A stretch of 64,000 nucleotides of DNA. Source: an uncultured Sphingomonas sp. Lineage in GTDB: Bacteria > Pseudomonadota > Alphaproteobacteria > Sphingomonadales > Sphingomonadaceae. The stretch covers positions 8,923 to 72,922 of the forward strand of contig NZ_CAXSHM010000007.1 of the NCBI RefSeq assembly GCF_964237335.1. Reading direction: 5' to 3'. Positions 9,268 to 19,412 of this stretch are shown here, in pieces. Position 1 is the first letter of the stretch. Each line of letters opens with the position of its first letter. The position numbers and the translations under genes were made by a program. The notes under the pieces were generated by a model. That model was not told the origin of the DNA. It did not search any database and saw only the letters and a list, made by a program, of their open reading frames with translations.

Positions 9268-10116
9268 ATGCTGGATAACGACGTGATCGTGGAGATCGCC
9301 CCCGCCAAGCTCAACCTGGCGCTCCACGTCCGCCGCCGCCGCGCGGACGGCTACCACGAGCTGGAGACGCTGTTCGCGTTCGCGCGAGACGGCGACGTGG
9401 TGACGGCCGCTCCGGCGGAAACCGATTCGTTCGTGATGACCGGGCCGTTCGCGTCGGCGCTATCGGGCGAGGGCGACAACCTCGTCACCCGCGCCGCCCG
9501 CGCGTTCGTCGATGCGTTCGCGCCCGACACCGCGCATGCTATCGCGCTGGAGAAGATCCTGCCGATCGCATCGGGGATCGGCGGCGGTTCGGCGGATGCG
9601 GCGGCGACGTTGCGCGCGCTCGCACGGCTGCATGGGGTCGAGGCGGGGGACACCGGGCTCGTCGCGGTCGCGCGCGCGCTCGGAGCCGACGTTCCCGCCT
9701 GCCTGCTCGGTCGGACCGCATTGGGCACCGGACGCGGCGACGATCTGATCCCGCTCGAGCCGCTGGGCGGCATGCCCGCGCTGCTCGTCAACCCGCGCGT
9801 CGCGGTCGCTACCGGACCAGTGTTCGCCGGCTGGGACGGCGTGGACCGCGGCGGCGTCGCGAGGGAAGGCGACGTGATGACGCGCGCCCGCGCCGGCCGC
9901 AACGATCTCGCCGCGCCCGCGATCGCGACTGCGCCCGTCATCGCCGACCTGCTCGCGTGGCTGGAGGCGCGGCCGGGCGCCGCGTTCGTCCGCATGTCCG
10001 GGTCGGGCGCCACCTGCCTGGCCTTGTTCGACTCGCCCGCGGACCGCCACTCCGCCGCTGCTGCGCTAAGGACGGAGCACCCCGATTGGTGGGCGCTGGA
10101 GACGGCCCTGGCATGA
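9268..10116 (+). CDS. ispE: 4-(cytidine 5'-diphospho)-2-C-methyl-D-erythritol kinase
   Basis: 282 aa. APAKLNLALHV N-terminus and the GHMP kinase motif PIASGIGGGSADAAA. Confidence 0.9.
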   Translation: MLDNDVIVEIAPAKLNLALHVRRRRADGYHELETLFAFARDGDVVTAAPAETDSFVMTGPFASALSGEGDNLVTRAARAFVDAFAPDTAHAIALEKILPIASGIGGGSADAAATLRALARLHGVEAGDTGLVAVARALGADVPACLLGRTALGTGRGDDLIPLEPLGGMPALLVNPRVAVATGPVFAGWDGVDRGGVAREGDVMTRARAGRNDLAAPAIATAPVIADLLAWLEARPGAAFVRMSGSGATCLALFDSPADRHSAAAALRTEHPDWWALETALA

Positions 10117-10196
10117 TCCGATCGAATAGCAGGCCACGACCGCGACGCTGCGACGAGACGGCCGGCACTCCACGCCATCGAACGGAATAATACGAT

Positions 10197-10211
10197 GTTC
10201 CACTCTTGTTC
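10197..10211 (+). promoter_or_regulatory. alphaproteobacterial LexA (SOS) box GTTC-N7-GTTC upstream of recA
   Basis: gttc cactctt gttc lies 78 nt upstream of the recA ATG. It overlaps a perfect palindrome tgttctgccagaaca. Confidence 0.7.
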
Positions 10212-10288
10212 TGCCAGAACAGAACGGATACATGCGTCATCGACGCGTTGAACCCATGGCGCGGCTGTTCTAGCAAAGGATCGGGCTG

Positions 10289-11380
10289 ATGGCTGCCTCT
10301 CTCAAGGTGATCGACACGGGCATGGCGAACGAGAAGGCGGCCGCGACCGCAAGCACGGACCGGCAGAAGGCGCTCGACGCCGCGCTGGCGCAGATCGACC
10401 GCGCCTTCGGCAAGGGCTCGGCGATGAAGCTGGGCTCCAAGCAGTCGATGGAGGTCGAGACGATCTCGACCGGGTCGCTTGGGCTCGACATCGCGCTCGG
10501 CGTCGGCGGCCTGCCGCGCGGTCGGGTGATCGAGGTGTACGGCCCTGAATCGTCGGGCAAGACGACGCTGGCGCTCCATGTCATCGCCGAGGCGCAGAAG
10601 GGCGGCGGCACCGCCGCGTTCGTCGATGCCGAACATGCGCTCGACCCCGTCTATGCCAAGAAGCTGGGCGTCAACATCGACGAGCTGATCGTGTCGCAGC
10701 CGGACACGGGCGAGCAGGCGCTGGAGATCGTCGACACGCTGGTCCGCTCCAACGCCATCGACGTGCTGGTGATCGACTCCGTCGCCGCGCTTGTCCCGCG
10801 CGCGGAGATCGAGGGCGAGATGGGCGACAGCCACGTCGGCCTGCAGGCGCGGCTGATGAGCCAGTCGCTGCGCAAGCTGACCGGATCGATCAGCCGCTCG
10901 CGCTGCATGGTCATCTTCATCAACCAGCTGCGCATGAAGATCGGCGTGATGTACGGCAATCCGGAGACGACGACCGGCGGCAACGCGCTCAAGTTCTACG
11001 CCAGCGTCCGCCTCGACATCCGCCGCACCGGCCAGATCAAGGACCGCGAGGACATCGTCGGCAACGCGACCCGCGTGAAGGTGGTGAAGAACAAGGTCGC
11101 GCCGCCGTTCAAGCAGGTCGAGTTCGACATCATGTACGGCGAGGGCATCTCCAAGATCGGCGAGATCCTCGATCTCGGCGTCAAGGCGGGGCTGGTCGAG
11201 AAGTCGGGCAGCTGGTTCAGCTACGACAGCGTCCGGATCGGGCAGGGACGCGAGAACGCCAAGACGTTCCTGCGAGAGAACGCCGACATGGCCGACCGGC
11301 TGGAAAAAGCGATCCGCCAGCGGACGGAGAAGGTGAGCGAAGCGCTCATGGTCGGTCCCGACGCCGAGGACGATGTGTGA
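10289..11380 (+). CDS. recA: recombinase RecA
   Basis: 363 aa. [12 protein letters not shown] Walker A and unmistakable full-length RecA similarity. Confidence 0.98.
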   Translation: MAASLKVIDTGMANEKAAATASTDRQKALDAALAQIDRAFGKGSAMKLGSKQSMEVETISTGSLGLDIALGVGGLPRGRVIEVYGPESSGKTTLALHVIAEAQKGGGTAAFVDAEHALDPVYAKKLGVNIDELIVSQPDTGEQALEIVDTLVRSNAIDVLVIDSVAALVPRAEIEGEMGDSHVGLQARLMSQSLRKLTGSISRSRCMVIFINQLRMKIGVMYGNPETTTGGNALKFYASVRLDIRRTGQIKDREDIVGNATRVKVVKNKVAPPFKQVEFDIMYGEGISKIGEILDLGVKAGLVEKSGSWFSYDSVRIGQGRENAKTFLRENADMADRLEKAIRQRTEKVSEALMVGPDAEDDV

Positions 11381-11412
11381 TCTGCGGCGATCCTCAAGTT
11401 GATCGATAGTGG

Positions 11413-11438
11413 AGGGCTCGCCGGCGACGGCGGGCCCT
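11413..11438 (+). terminator. putative recA terminator hairpin
   Basis: 11-bp stem agggctcgccg/cggcgggccct with a GCGA tetraloop, 33 nt after the recA stop. There is no T-tract, so this is tentative. Confidence 0.3.
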
Positions 11439-11526
11439 TCGCGCGTCCGGGGGCGTTGCCTCGCCGATCCATCTCACGTCACTCGCGCGAACGTCACGCG
11501 TTCGCCGCCATCCCGGAGGAGCCCGC

Positions 11527-12174
11527 ATGACGATCACCGTCCACCATCTCGAGAACAGCCGGTCGCAGCGCGTGTTGTGGATGCTCGAGGAGCTCGGCCT
11601 GCCCTATGAGGTGAAACGGTACGAGCGGAACAAGGCGACGATGCTCGCGCCGCCGGAGCTGAAGCGCATCCACCCGCTCGGCAAGTCGCCGGTGATCGTG
11701 GACGCCGTCGGCGTCTCTGGCGAGGGGGGCGTCGTGGTGGCCGAGACGGGCGCGATCATCGAGTATCTGGTCGAAAAGGCGGACGGCCGGCTCGGCCCCC
11801 CGGCGCACCGCGACGCGGTGCTGCGCTACCGATACTTCCTCCACTATGCCGAAGGGTCGGTAATGCCCCCGCTGCTCCTGCTGCTGGTGTTGAGCCGGAT
11901 CCCGGTCGTCGGCGGCTTGGCGGCCAAGAAGGTGCAGCCGATGATTGACGTCCACCTCGACTATATCGAGCAGGAACTGGCGCAGCGGCCCTGGTTCGCC
12001 GGCGACGAGTTGACGGGCGCAGACGTCATGATGAGCTTCCCGCTGGAGGCGGCGCGCAGTCGCGGCGGACTGAACGCCACGCGTCCGCACACGATCGCGT
12101 GGCTCGACAAGGTCCACGCCCGGCCCGCGTACCAGCGCGCGCTGGCCGCGGGGGGACCCTACGCCTACGCGTGA
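11527..12174 (+). CDS. glutathione S-transferase
   Basis: 215 aa. N-terminal thioredoxin-like GST fold (SRSQRVLWMLEELGLPYE...HPLGKSPVI) plus a C-terminal helical domain. Confidence 0.85.
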   Translation: MTITVHHLENSRSQRVLWMLEELGLPYEVKRYERNKATMLAPPELKRIHPLGKSPVIVDAVGVSGEGGVVVAETGAIIEYLVEKADGRLGPPAHRDAVLRYRYFLHYAEGSVMPPLLLLLVLSRIPVVGGLAAKKVQPMIDVHLDYIEQELAQRPWFAGDELTGADVMMSFPLEAARSRGGLNATRPHTIAWLDKVHARPAYQRALAAGGPYAYA

Positions 12175-12183
12175 TCCCACTCT

Positions 12184-12277
12184 CCGTCTGGCTGAGCTAT
12201 TGCCGTTGCAGCCAGTCGGAGGAGGCTCGCTTATCGCAGCAAGAAGAGCGGTGCTTCGACAAGCTCAGCACGAACGG
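12184..12277. repeat. MITE/REP-like element, family A (CCGTTCG..GCTGAGCTTGTCGAAG / CTTCGACAAGCTCAGCACGAACGG), degenerate left arm
   Basis: The right arm gtgcttcgacaagctcagcacgaacgg is intact. The left arm ccgtctggctgagctattgccg is decayed. Confidence 0.6.
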
Positions 12278-12290
12278 TCTGGGAACTACC

Positions 12291-13628
12291 TTACCGAGAC
12301 GTCCGCCCGATCTCGTCGAAGCTGCGGTCGTCGATCAACGGCCCGTGGCCTGACGGCGCGGTCGCGGGCACGATGTCCGGTTCGCGCAATGCGCCCAGTC
12401 TGCCCTCCCACCGCGCGACGACGCTGGCGGCGATCGCGTTGCCGATGACGTTCGTGGCGGACCGGCCCATGTCGAGGAAATGGTCCACCGCCAGGATCAG
12501 CAGCAGGCCGGCCTCCGGGATGTTGAACTGCGACAGGGTGGCGGCGATCACCACCAGGCTCGCGCGCGGCACGCCGGCGATGCCCTTGGACGTCACCATC
12601 AGCACGAGCAGCATCGCCACCTGCTCGCCGAGCGGCAGATGGATGCCATAGGCTTGCGCGATGAACAGCGACGCGAACGTCATGTACATCATCGACCCGT
12701 CGAGGTTGAACGAATAGCCGAGCGGTAGCACGAAGCTCGCGATCCGGGGCGGCACCCCGAACCGGTCGAGCGCCTCCAGCGTGCGGGGCAGCGCCGCCTC
12801 CGACGAGGCGGTGGTGAAGGCGAGGATCAGCGGCTCGCGGATGTAGCGGACCAGATGCACGATGCGCGGGCCGACGACCGCGAACCCGGCCGCGACCAGA
12901 AGGCACCACAGGAGGCCCAAGCCGAGGTAGAAGCTGCCCATGAACCAGGCGAGGTCGCGCAGCACGCCCGGGCCCCGCTCCGCGAGCGTCGAGGCGACCG
13001 CGGCGAACACGGCGAAGGGCGCCACGCGCATGACATAGTCGGTGATCTGCAGCATCACCGCCACCAGCGCCTCGGACGCGCGCACCAGCGGCTGCGCCCG
13101 CTCGCCCACCGCGGTGATCGCGACGCCGACGAAGACGGAGAAGACGACGATCTCGAGGATCTCGTTGTTCGCCATCGCCTCCACCATCGACTGCGGCACG
13201 ATGTGGGCGACGAACTTGGCGGCGTCGAAGCTTGCACGGTCGACGCCCGCGCTGGCGGTGACAGGCGGCAGCGGCAGCGCGAGGCCGACGCCGGGCTGGA
13301 TCAGATTGACCAGCACGAGCCCGAGCAGCAGCGACACGAGGCTCGCGCCCAGGAACCAGGCGAGCGCACGCAAGCCGACGCGGCCGAGCGCCGACGTGTC
13401 GCCCATGTGCGCGATGCCGACCACGAGCGTCGAGAAGACCAGCGGCGCGATGATCATCTTGATGAGCCGCAGGAACAACTGCGTCAGGATCGACAGATAG
13501 CCCGCGATCCTCGCCAGCCGTTCGGCCGATGCCGTGCTGCCGTCGTCGATCGCGCGATGCAGCCCCCAGCCGACGACGAGCCCGGCGACCAGTGCGATGA
13601 CGATCCAGAAGGTCAGGCGGCTGCGCAT
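12291..13628 (-). CDS. dicarboxylate/amino acid:cation (Na+/H+) symporter, DAACS family
   Basis: 445 aa polytopic protein with the DAACS signatures ...SSEAALP... and ...DRARTATNVIGNAIA-like ...DMGRSATNVIGNAIAA. Confidence 0.85.
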   Translation of the reverse strand: MRSRLTFWIVIALVAGLVVGWGLHRAIDDGSTASAERLARIAGYLSILTQLFLRLIKMIIAPLVFSTLVVGIAHMGDTSALGRVGLRALAWFLGASLVSLLLGLVLVNLIQPGVGLALPLPPVTASAGVDRASFDAAKFVAHIVPQSMVEAMANNEILEIVVFSVFVGVAITAVGERAQPLVRASEALVAVMLQITDYVMRVAPFAVFAAVASTLAERGPGVLRDLAWFMGSFYLGLGLLWCLLVAAGFAVVGPRIVHLVRYIREPLILAFTTASSEAALPRTLEALDRFGVPPRIASFVLPLGYSFNLDGSMMYMTFASLFIAQAYGIHLPLGEQVAMLLVLMVTSKGIAGVPRASLVVIAATLSQFNIPEAGLLLILAVDHFLDMGRSATNVIGNAIAASVVARWEGRLGALREPDIVPATAPSGHGPLIDDRSFDEIGRTSR

Positions 13629-13736
13629 GCGATGTACGATCCCGGGTGAGGCGAGCCGACAGGGAAGGGGATTGCCGCGCCGCGGTCAAGCGCCGTACGC
13701 TCCGCGCGCGGCGTCCATGGCGTCCACCACCCTCAA

Positions 13737-13816
13737 CCGTTCGCCCTGAGCTTGTCGAAGGGCCGTCTTTACAGGCTCGGGAGAAAGCAGTGCTTCGACA
13801 AGCTCAGCACGAACGG
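13737..13816. repeat. MITE/REP-like element, family A
   Basis: ccgttcgccctgagcttgtcgaagg ... gtgcttcgacaagctcagcacgaacgg inverted arms. Confidence 0.8.
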
Positions 13817-13859
13817 ACTGGGGCGGGATTGATCCCGACCGTTGAGGAGGCGGCTGTCG

Positions 13860-15116
13860 TTGTCTGACCTGACCCGACGCGCGGTCCTCGCCGGTGCGGC
13901 CGCCCTGCCGCTCCTCCAGACCGCCTCGATCCTGCGTGCGGCAGAGCCGGACTTGTCGGCCCTGCACGACCTCACCACCGCCACCATCCCGATCGGCCCC
14001 GACGAGCGCCGCCTTCGCCTTTCGCGAGCCCAGGCACTGATGCGAGCGAACGGCTTGGTGGCGGTGCTGATCGAGCCCGGATCGTCCATGATCTATTTCA
14101 CGGGCGTCGCCTGGCATCGCAGCGAACGCCCGACGCTTGCGGTGTTGCCGGTCGAGGGCGAGCCCTGCCTCGTCACGCCGTTCTTCGAGGAGCCGTCGGT
14201 GCGCGAGAGCCTCGCCGTCCCCGCCGAGGTCCGCGTGTGGCAGGAGGACGCCGATCCGATGGCCGTCGTCGCGGGCTTCCTGCGCGATCGGCGGCTCGGC
14301 GCCGGGTCGATCGGGGTGGAGGAGACGGTGCGCTTCTTCATCGCCGATGGCCTCCGCCGCGTCCTGCCCGAGACAAAAACGGTCAGCGCCGACCCGGTCG
14401 TGCGCGGCTGCCGCATGGTGAAGACGCCGGCCGAGATCGCGCTGATGCAGGTAGCCACCGACGTGACGATCGCCGCCTATCGCTGGGTGCACGCGAGGGT
14501 GGAGCGCGGCATGACCGGGCCGGACATCTCCGCGCTGATGGACGCCGCGACGCGCAAGCTGGGCGGGGCGCCCGAGTTCGCCCTCGCGCTGATCGGTCCC
14601 GCCGCCGCGCTGCCGCACGGCAGCCGCGAAGTGCATCGCGTCGCCGACGGGTTGCCGCTGCTGATGGACTGCGGCTGCACGGTACAGGGCTATCAGTCCG
14701 ATGTGTCGCGGACGTGGGTGCCGACCGGCGCGGTGCCCGCCGACGTCCGCACCGTGTGGGACCAGGTGCATCGCGGGCAGCAGGTCGCGCTCGCCGCCGC
14801 CCGGATCGGCGCGCCGGCGGGCAGCGTCGACGATGCGGTGCGCGGCTACTATACGTCGCTCGGCTACGGTCCGGGATACAAGCTGCCCGGCCTGTCGCAC
14901 CGGACGGGCCACGGCATCGGCCTCGACGGGCACGAGCCGGTCAACCTCGTTCATGGCGAGACGATGCCGCTGGCGGCCGGCATGTGCTTCTCCGACGAAC
15001 CGGGGCTGTACCTGCCCGGGCGCTTCGGCGTGCGGCTGGAGGATTGTTTCCACATGACCGACGCAGGCCCGCGCTGGTTCAGCGAACCACCCGCCTCGAT
15101 CGACGCGCCGGTTTGA
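13860..15116 (+). CDS. M24 family metallopeptidase (Xaa-Pro dipeptidase-like) with Tat-type signal
   Basis: Creatinase/prolidase N-domain plus pita-bread domain (HGTGHGIGLDGHE, VRLED). Start chosen at in-frame TTG 13860, which sits 8 nt after GAGGAGG and gives (M)SDLTRRAVLAGAAALP. The track ORF starts at TTG 13842. Confidence 0.8.
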   Translation: MSDLTRRAVLAGAAALPLLQTASILRAAEPDLSALHDLTTATIPIGPDERRLRLSRAQALMRANGLVAVLIEPGSSMIYFTGVAWHRSERPTLAVLPVEGEPCLVTPFFEEPSVRESLAVPAEVRVWQEDADPMAVVAGFLRDRRLGAGSIGVEETVRFFIADGLRRVLPETKTVSADPVVRGCRMVKTPAEIALMQVATDVTIAAYRWVHARVERGMTGPDISALMDAATRKLGGAPEFALALIGPAAALPHGSREVHRVADGLPLLMDCGCTVQGYQSDVSRTWVPTGAVPADVRTVWDQVHRGQQVALAAARIGAPAGSVDDAVRGYYTSLGYGPGYKLPGLSHRTGHGIGLDGHEPVNLVHGETMPLAAGMCFSDEPGLYLPGRFGVRLEDCFHMTDAGPRWFSEPPASIDAPV

Positions 15117-15168
15117 GGGCGGTACGGTTTGAGGCACGAGCGGGGGCGGCCGACGATCAGGGCGCCGG

Positions 15169-16092
15169 ATGACCCGCGACACGGCTCGCGTGCCGGTCCT
15201 CGTCAACGTTGCGGGCGGCACCGCTCGCCGGCTCGGCGGCCGTCTGCGCCACGATGTGGAGGCCGCGTTCGAGGAGGCCGGGGTCCCGATCGCGCTCGAA
15301 CTGCTGGCCGGTGCTGCGATCGCCGGCCGGGCGGCGGCGCTCGTCGGTGCGCCGGTGGTCGTCGTCGGCGGCCACGACGGGACGCTGGGCGGCGCGGCCG
15401 GCGCGCTGGCGGGAACGCCGACCGCGCTCGGCATCCTGGCGCTCGGCACGCGCAACCACCTTGCGCTCGAACTCGGCGTGCCCCGGGACCTGCTCGCGGC
15501 GGCGCGGCTGATCGGGGAGCGACCCGCGCGCACCATCGACCTCGGTCGCGTGAACGGGCGGGCGTTCGTCAACAACGCCTCCATCGGCCTCTACCCGGCG
15601 CTGGTGCGCGGACGGGACGGGATCGCCGCGCCCAAGTGGCTCGCCGCGCTGCCGGCCGCGCTGGGCGCGCTTCGGCGGATGCGCCACCATCGGCTGCGGC
15701 TGGTGCTGCCCGGCGACAGCCGTCCGATCGTGACGCCGCTGCTGTTCGTCGGCAACAACCGCTATTCGCTCGATCCGGGCTCTGTCGGGCGACGGTCCGC
15801 GCTCGATGACGGCAGGCTGTCGATCTATGCGGTCGCCTCCCGCCGCCGGCTCGCGCTCGCCGGGTTCGCCATGCGCGCGGTGCTGGGGCGTGCCGATCGG
15901 GAGCGGGATTTTGCCGCGATAGGCGATCACGCGGCGTTCGCGGCCGAGGGCCGCTCGCGGCATATCGATGTTGCGCTGGATGGCGAGGTCGTGCGGCTCG
16001 CCATGCCGCTACGCTTCGAGAGCCGGGCGCGCGCGTTGACGGTGGTCGCGCCTACCAGCCGCAGCCTTGAGCGGGGCGGGCCGTTCCACTAG
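15169..16092 (+). CDS. diacylglycerol/lipid kinase family protein (YegS/BmrU-like)
   Basis: 307 aa. GGHDGTLG (GGDGT-like) motif and lipid kinase catalytic domain layout. Confidence 0.75.
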   Translation: MTRDTARVPVLVNVAGGTARRLGGRLRHDVEAAFEEAGVPIALELLAGAAIAGRAAALVGAPVVVVGGHDGTLGGAAGALAGTPTALGILALGTRNHLALELGVPRDLLAAARLIGERPARTIDLGRVNGRAFVNNASIGLYPALVRGRDGIAAPKWLAALPAALGALRRMRHHRLRLVLPGDSRPIVTPLLFVGNNRYSLDPGSVGRRSALDDGRLSIYAVASRRRLALAGFAMRAVLGRADRERDFAAIGDHAAFAAEGRSRHIDVALDGEVVRLAMPLRFESRARALTVVAPTSRSLERGGPFH

Positions 16093-16101
16093 GCCGCTGG
16101 C

Positions 16102-18753
16102 ATGATCTCGACCAACGACATCCGCCGCGGCTTCCTCGATTATTTCGGCGGCGAGGGTCATCGCATCGTGCCGTCCGCGCCGCTGGTGCCGCAGAACGAC
16201 CCGACGCTGATGTTCGTGAACGCGGGCATGGTGCCGTTCAAGAACGTGTTCACGGGGCTGGAGTCCCGGCCGTACAGCACCGCGACCTCGTCGCAGAAAT
16301 GCGTGCGCGCGGGCGGCAAGCACAACGACCTCGACAACGTCGGCTACACCGCGCGCCACCATACGTTCTTCGAGATGCTCGGTAATTTCTCGTTCGGCGA
16401 TTACTTCAAGGAACGCGCGATCACGCTCGCGTGGAACCTGTTGACGAAGGAGTGGGGCATCCCGGCGGAGCGGCTGACCGCCACCGTCTACCACACCGAC
16501 GACGAGGCGTACGGCCTCTGGACGAAGCTGCTGCCGCAGAGCCGCATCATCCGCATCCCGACCAAGGACAATTTCTGGGCGATGGGCGACAGCGGGCCGT
16601 GCGGACCGTGCTCGGAGATCTTCTACGATCACGGCGACCATATCGCTGGCGGCCCGCCCGGATCGCCGGACGAGGACGGGGATCGGTTCGTCGAGATCTG
16701 GAACCTCGTCTTCATGCAGTATGAGCAGGAAGCGAACGAGATCACCGGCAACCTGCCGCGCCCGTCGATCGACACCGGCATGGGGCTGGAGCGTGTCGCG
16801 GCGGTGCTGCAGGGCGTCCACGACAATTATGACACTGATACGTTCCGTGCGCTGATCGCCGCGTCGGAGGCGCTGACGCACACCAGGGCGGAGGGCGCGA
16901 ACCTAGCAAGCCACCGCGTGATCGCCGATCACCTGCGCGCGTCGGGCTTCCTGGTCGCCGATGGCGTGCTGCCGGCCAACGAGGGGCGCGGCTACGTCCT
17001 GCGCCGGATCATGCGCCGCGCGATGCGGCACGCGCATCTGCTCGGCGCCATCGAGCCGTTGATGGACCGGCTGGTGCCGGCGCTGATCGCCGAAATGGGT
17101 GGTGCCTATCCCGAACTGCTCCGCGCGCAGCCGCTGATCGAGGCGACGCTGCACCAGGAGGAGACGCGCTTCCGCCAGACGCTCGACCGCGGCCTGAAGC
17201 TGCTGGACGAGGCGACGGCGGGGCTGGCGCCGGGCGGCACGCTTGCGGGCGAGACAGCGTTCCGGCTCTACGACACGTTCGGCTTTCCGTATGATCTGAC
17301 CGAGGACGCGTTGGGGGCGCAGGGGCTGGCGGTCGATCGCGCCGGCTTCGACACCGCGATGGCGGAGCAGAAGCGCGCCGCGCGGGCGGCGTGGAAGGGA
17401 TCGGGCGCGAGTGCATCCGCGGACCTGTGGTTCGACATCGCCGAGGCGCATGGCTCGACCGAGTTCACCGGCTATGCCGCCGACACCGGCGAGGCCGAGG
17501 TGGTCGCGCTGGTGCGCGACGGCGCGCGCGTCGATCACGCGACCGTCGGCGACACGGTGTCGGTGGTCGTCAACCAGACGCCCTTCTACGGCGAAAGCGG
17601 CGGGCAGGTCGGCGATGCGGGCACGATCGCCAGCGATGCCGGGCTGCGCGCGCGGGTGTCGGAGACCAGCAAGCAGCTCGGCCGCATCTGGGTCCACCAC
17701 ACGCTGGTGGAGGCGGGGACGATCCGGGTCGGCGACGCGGTGAGGCTGGCGATCGACACCGGCCGGCGCGCCGCGATCCGGGCCAATCACTCCGCGACGC
17801 ACCTGCTGCATGAGGCGCTGCGCCAGCGGCTCGGCACGCATGTAGCGCAGAAGGGCTCGCTCGTCGCACCCGACAGGCTCCGCTTCGACTTCTCGCAACC
17901 CGTCGCGATGACGCCGGCCGACATCGCCGAGGTCGAGGCCCGCGTGAACGGGCAGGTGCGCGGCAACGGCGCGGTCGTCACCCGGCTGATGACCCCGGAC
18001 GAGGCGATTGCGGAAGGCGCGATGGCGTTGTTCGGCGAGAAATATGGCGACGAGGTTCGGGTCGTCTCGATGGGCGAGGATGCGGACGGGACCTACTCGC
18101 TGGAGCTGTGCGGCGGCACGCATGTCGGCGCGCTGGGCGAAATCGGACTGTTCAAGGTGATCGGCGAGGGCGCGGTCGCCTCGGGCGTCCGCCGCGTCGA
18201 GGCGCTGACGGGCGAGGCGGCGCGGGCGTGGTTCTCGCGCCGCGACGAGGTGCTGCGCGAGGCGGCCGCCGCGCTGCGCTCGACGCCGGACGAGGTGCCC
18301 GCGCGGGTGGCGGCGCTGATCGAGGACCGGCGCAGGCTGGAGCGCGAACTGGCCGACGCGAAGAAGGCGCTGGCGACCGGTGGCGGGTCGAACGGTCCGG
18401 CCGGTCCGGAGCGGATCGGCGAGATCGCCTTCGTCGGCCAGGTGCTCGACGGCTTCGACGCCAAGGGCCTGCGTGGGGCAGTGGACGACGCGAAGGGGCG
18501 GATCGGCAGTGGGATCGCCGCCATCATCGCCATCAACGACGGCCGCGCGTCGGTGGCGGTCGGCGTCACCGCGGACCTGGTCGGGCAGTGGGACGCGGTC
18601 GACCTGCTGCGTCGCGCGGTGGCGGTGCTTGGGGGCCAGGGTGGCGGCGGTCGGCCGGACATGGCGCAAGGCGGGGGGCCGGACGGACGTAAGGCGGCGG
18701 AGGCCCTGGACGCGGTCCGCGCCGGACTGACGGAACGGAAAGCGACGGCCTGA
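16102..18753 (+). CDS. alaS: alanine--tRNA ligase
   Basis: 883 aa. FTNAGM-like VNAGMVPFK, the [18 protein letters not shown] motif, editing domain HSATHLLH, and a C-terminal DHHA1 domain. Confidence 0.98.
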   Translation: MISTNDIRRGFLDYFGGEGHRIVPSAPLVPQNDPTLMFVNAGMVPFKNVFTGLESRPYSTATSSQKCVRAGGKHNDLDNVGYTARHHTFFEMLGNFSFGDYFKERAITLAWNLLTKEWGIPAERLTATVYHTDDEAYGLWTKLLPQSRIIRIPTKDNFWAMGDSGPCGPCSEIFYDHGDHIAGGPPGSPDEDGDRFVEIWNLVFMQYEQEANEITGNLPRPSIDTGMGLERVAAVLQGVHDNYDTDTFRALIAASEALTHTRAEGANLASHRVIADHLRASGFLVADGVLPANEGRGYVLRRIMRRAMRHAHLLGAIEPLMDRLVPALIAEMGGAYPELLRAQPLIEATLHQEETRFRQTLDRGLKLLDEATAGLAPGGTLAGETAFRLYDTFGFPYDLTEDALGAQGLAVDRAGFDTAMAEQKRAARAAWKGSGASASADLWFDIAEAHGSTEFTGYAADTGEAEVVALVRDGARVDHATVGDTVSVVVNQTPFYGESGGQVGDAGTIASDAGLRARVSETSKQLGRIWVHHTLVEAGTIRVGDAVRLAIDTGRRAAIRANHSATHLLHEALRQRLGTHVAQKGSLVAPDRLRFDFSQPVAMTPADIAEVEARVNGQVRGNGAVVTRLMTPDEAIAEGAMALFGEKYGDEVRVVSMGEDADGTYSLELCGGTHVGALGEIGLFKVIGEGAVASGVRRVEALTGEAARAWFSRRDEVLREAAAALRSTPDEVPARVAALIEDRRRLERELADAKKALATGGGSNGPAGPERIGEIAFVGQVLDGFDAKGLRGAVDDAKGRIGSGIAAIIAINDGRASVAVGVTADLVGQWDAVDLLRRAVAVLGGQGGGGRPDMAQGGGPDGRKAAEALDAVRAGLTERKATA

Positions 18754-18781
18754 CTCTTGGGCCAGACCGTCGCGACAGTGG

Positions 18782-19324
18782 CTATTTCGCCGATGCGCCC
18801 AGAGACTGGGCCACCGCCGCGTTGAACTGATCCGGGGTCATCGACACGATCAGTCCGCTCGGCCGCGCGGCGAAGGCGCCGGCGGGGAAGCGTACGTCGC
18901 CTTTGGGCGTCGTCAGCGTCACGAACTGCGCATCGGCGGTCTTGATCGTGCCGACCGCGGTCGTCTCGTCACTGGCGTGGACGCTCGTTCCAGCGACGAG
19001 CAGCGCCTTGAGCTGTGCCGCATTCTGCGCGGCGGCCGCTTCGAGCTGCACCTTGGTCACGGTCGTGATCAGACCACCGCTCGGCCCGGGACCGACGGCG
19101 GCGAGCGGCACACCGGCCTTGATGGTGCCGGTGTCGATCACGACGATGTTGCCGTTGATCTGGGTGATGGTGCCAACCGGCATGCCCGCCTGGTCCGACA
19201 CCGCCGCCTCGACGGTCGGCGTGGCCGCAGCGGTTCCGGCGGCGGGCGCGGCGGGCTGCGTCTGCGGCGGCGTGGTCTGTGCGCCAGCGAGCAGGGCTGC
19301 GGCGATGAGCGGGATGGTCACCAT
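18782..19324 (-). CDS. hypothetical secreted protein with an internal tandem duplication
   Basis: 180 aa. Signal peptide, Pro/Ala/Thr-rich linker, then two related modules of about 60 aa (VGTITQINGNIVVIDTG... and VGTIKTADAQFVTLTTP...). GGGAGA RBS and high GC3. Confidence 0.6.
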   Translation of the reverse strand: MVTIPLIAAALLAGAQTTPPQTQPAAPAAGTAAATPTVEAAVSDQAGMPVGTITQINGNIVVIDTGTIKAGVPLAAVGPGPSGGLITTVTKVQLEAAAAQNAAQLKALLVAGTSVHASDETTAVGTIKTADAQFVTLTTPKGDVRFPAGAFAARPSGLIVSMTPDQFNAAVAQSLGASAK

Positions 19325-19412
19325 GTCATTCGTCTCCCGAGTGGTTGGTCACCCGGAACGAACGACAAAGGTTTCCGCCCGGTTCCCGCGCCGCGGCCCC
19401 GCTCGTCGCGGC

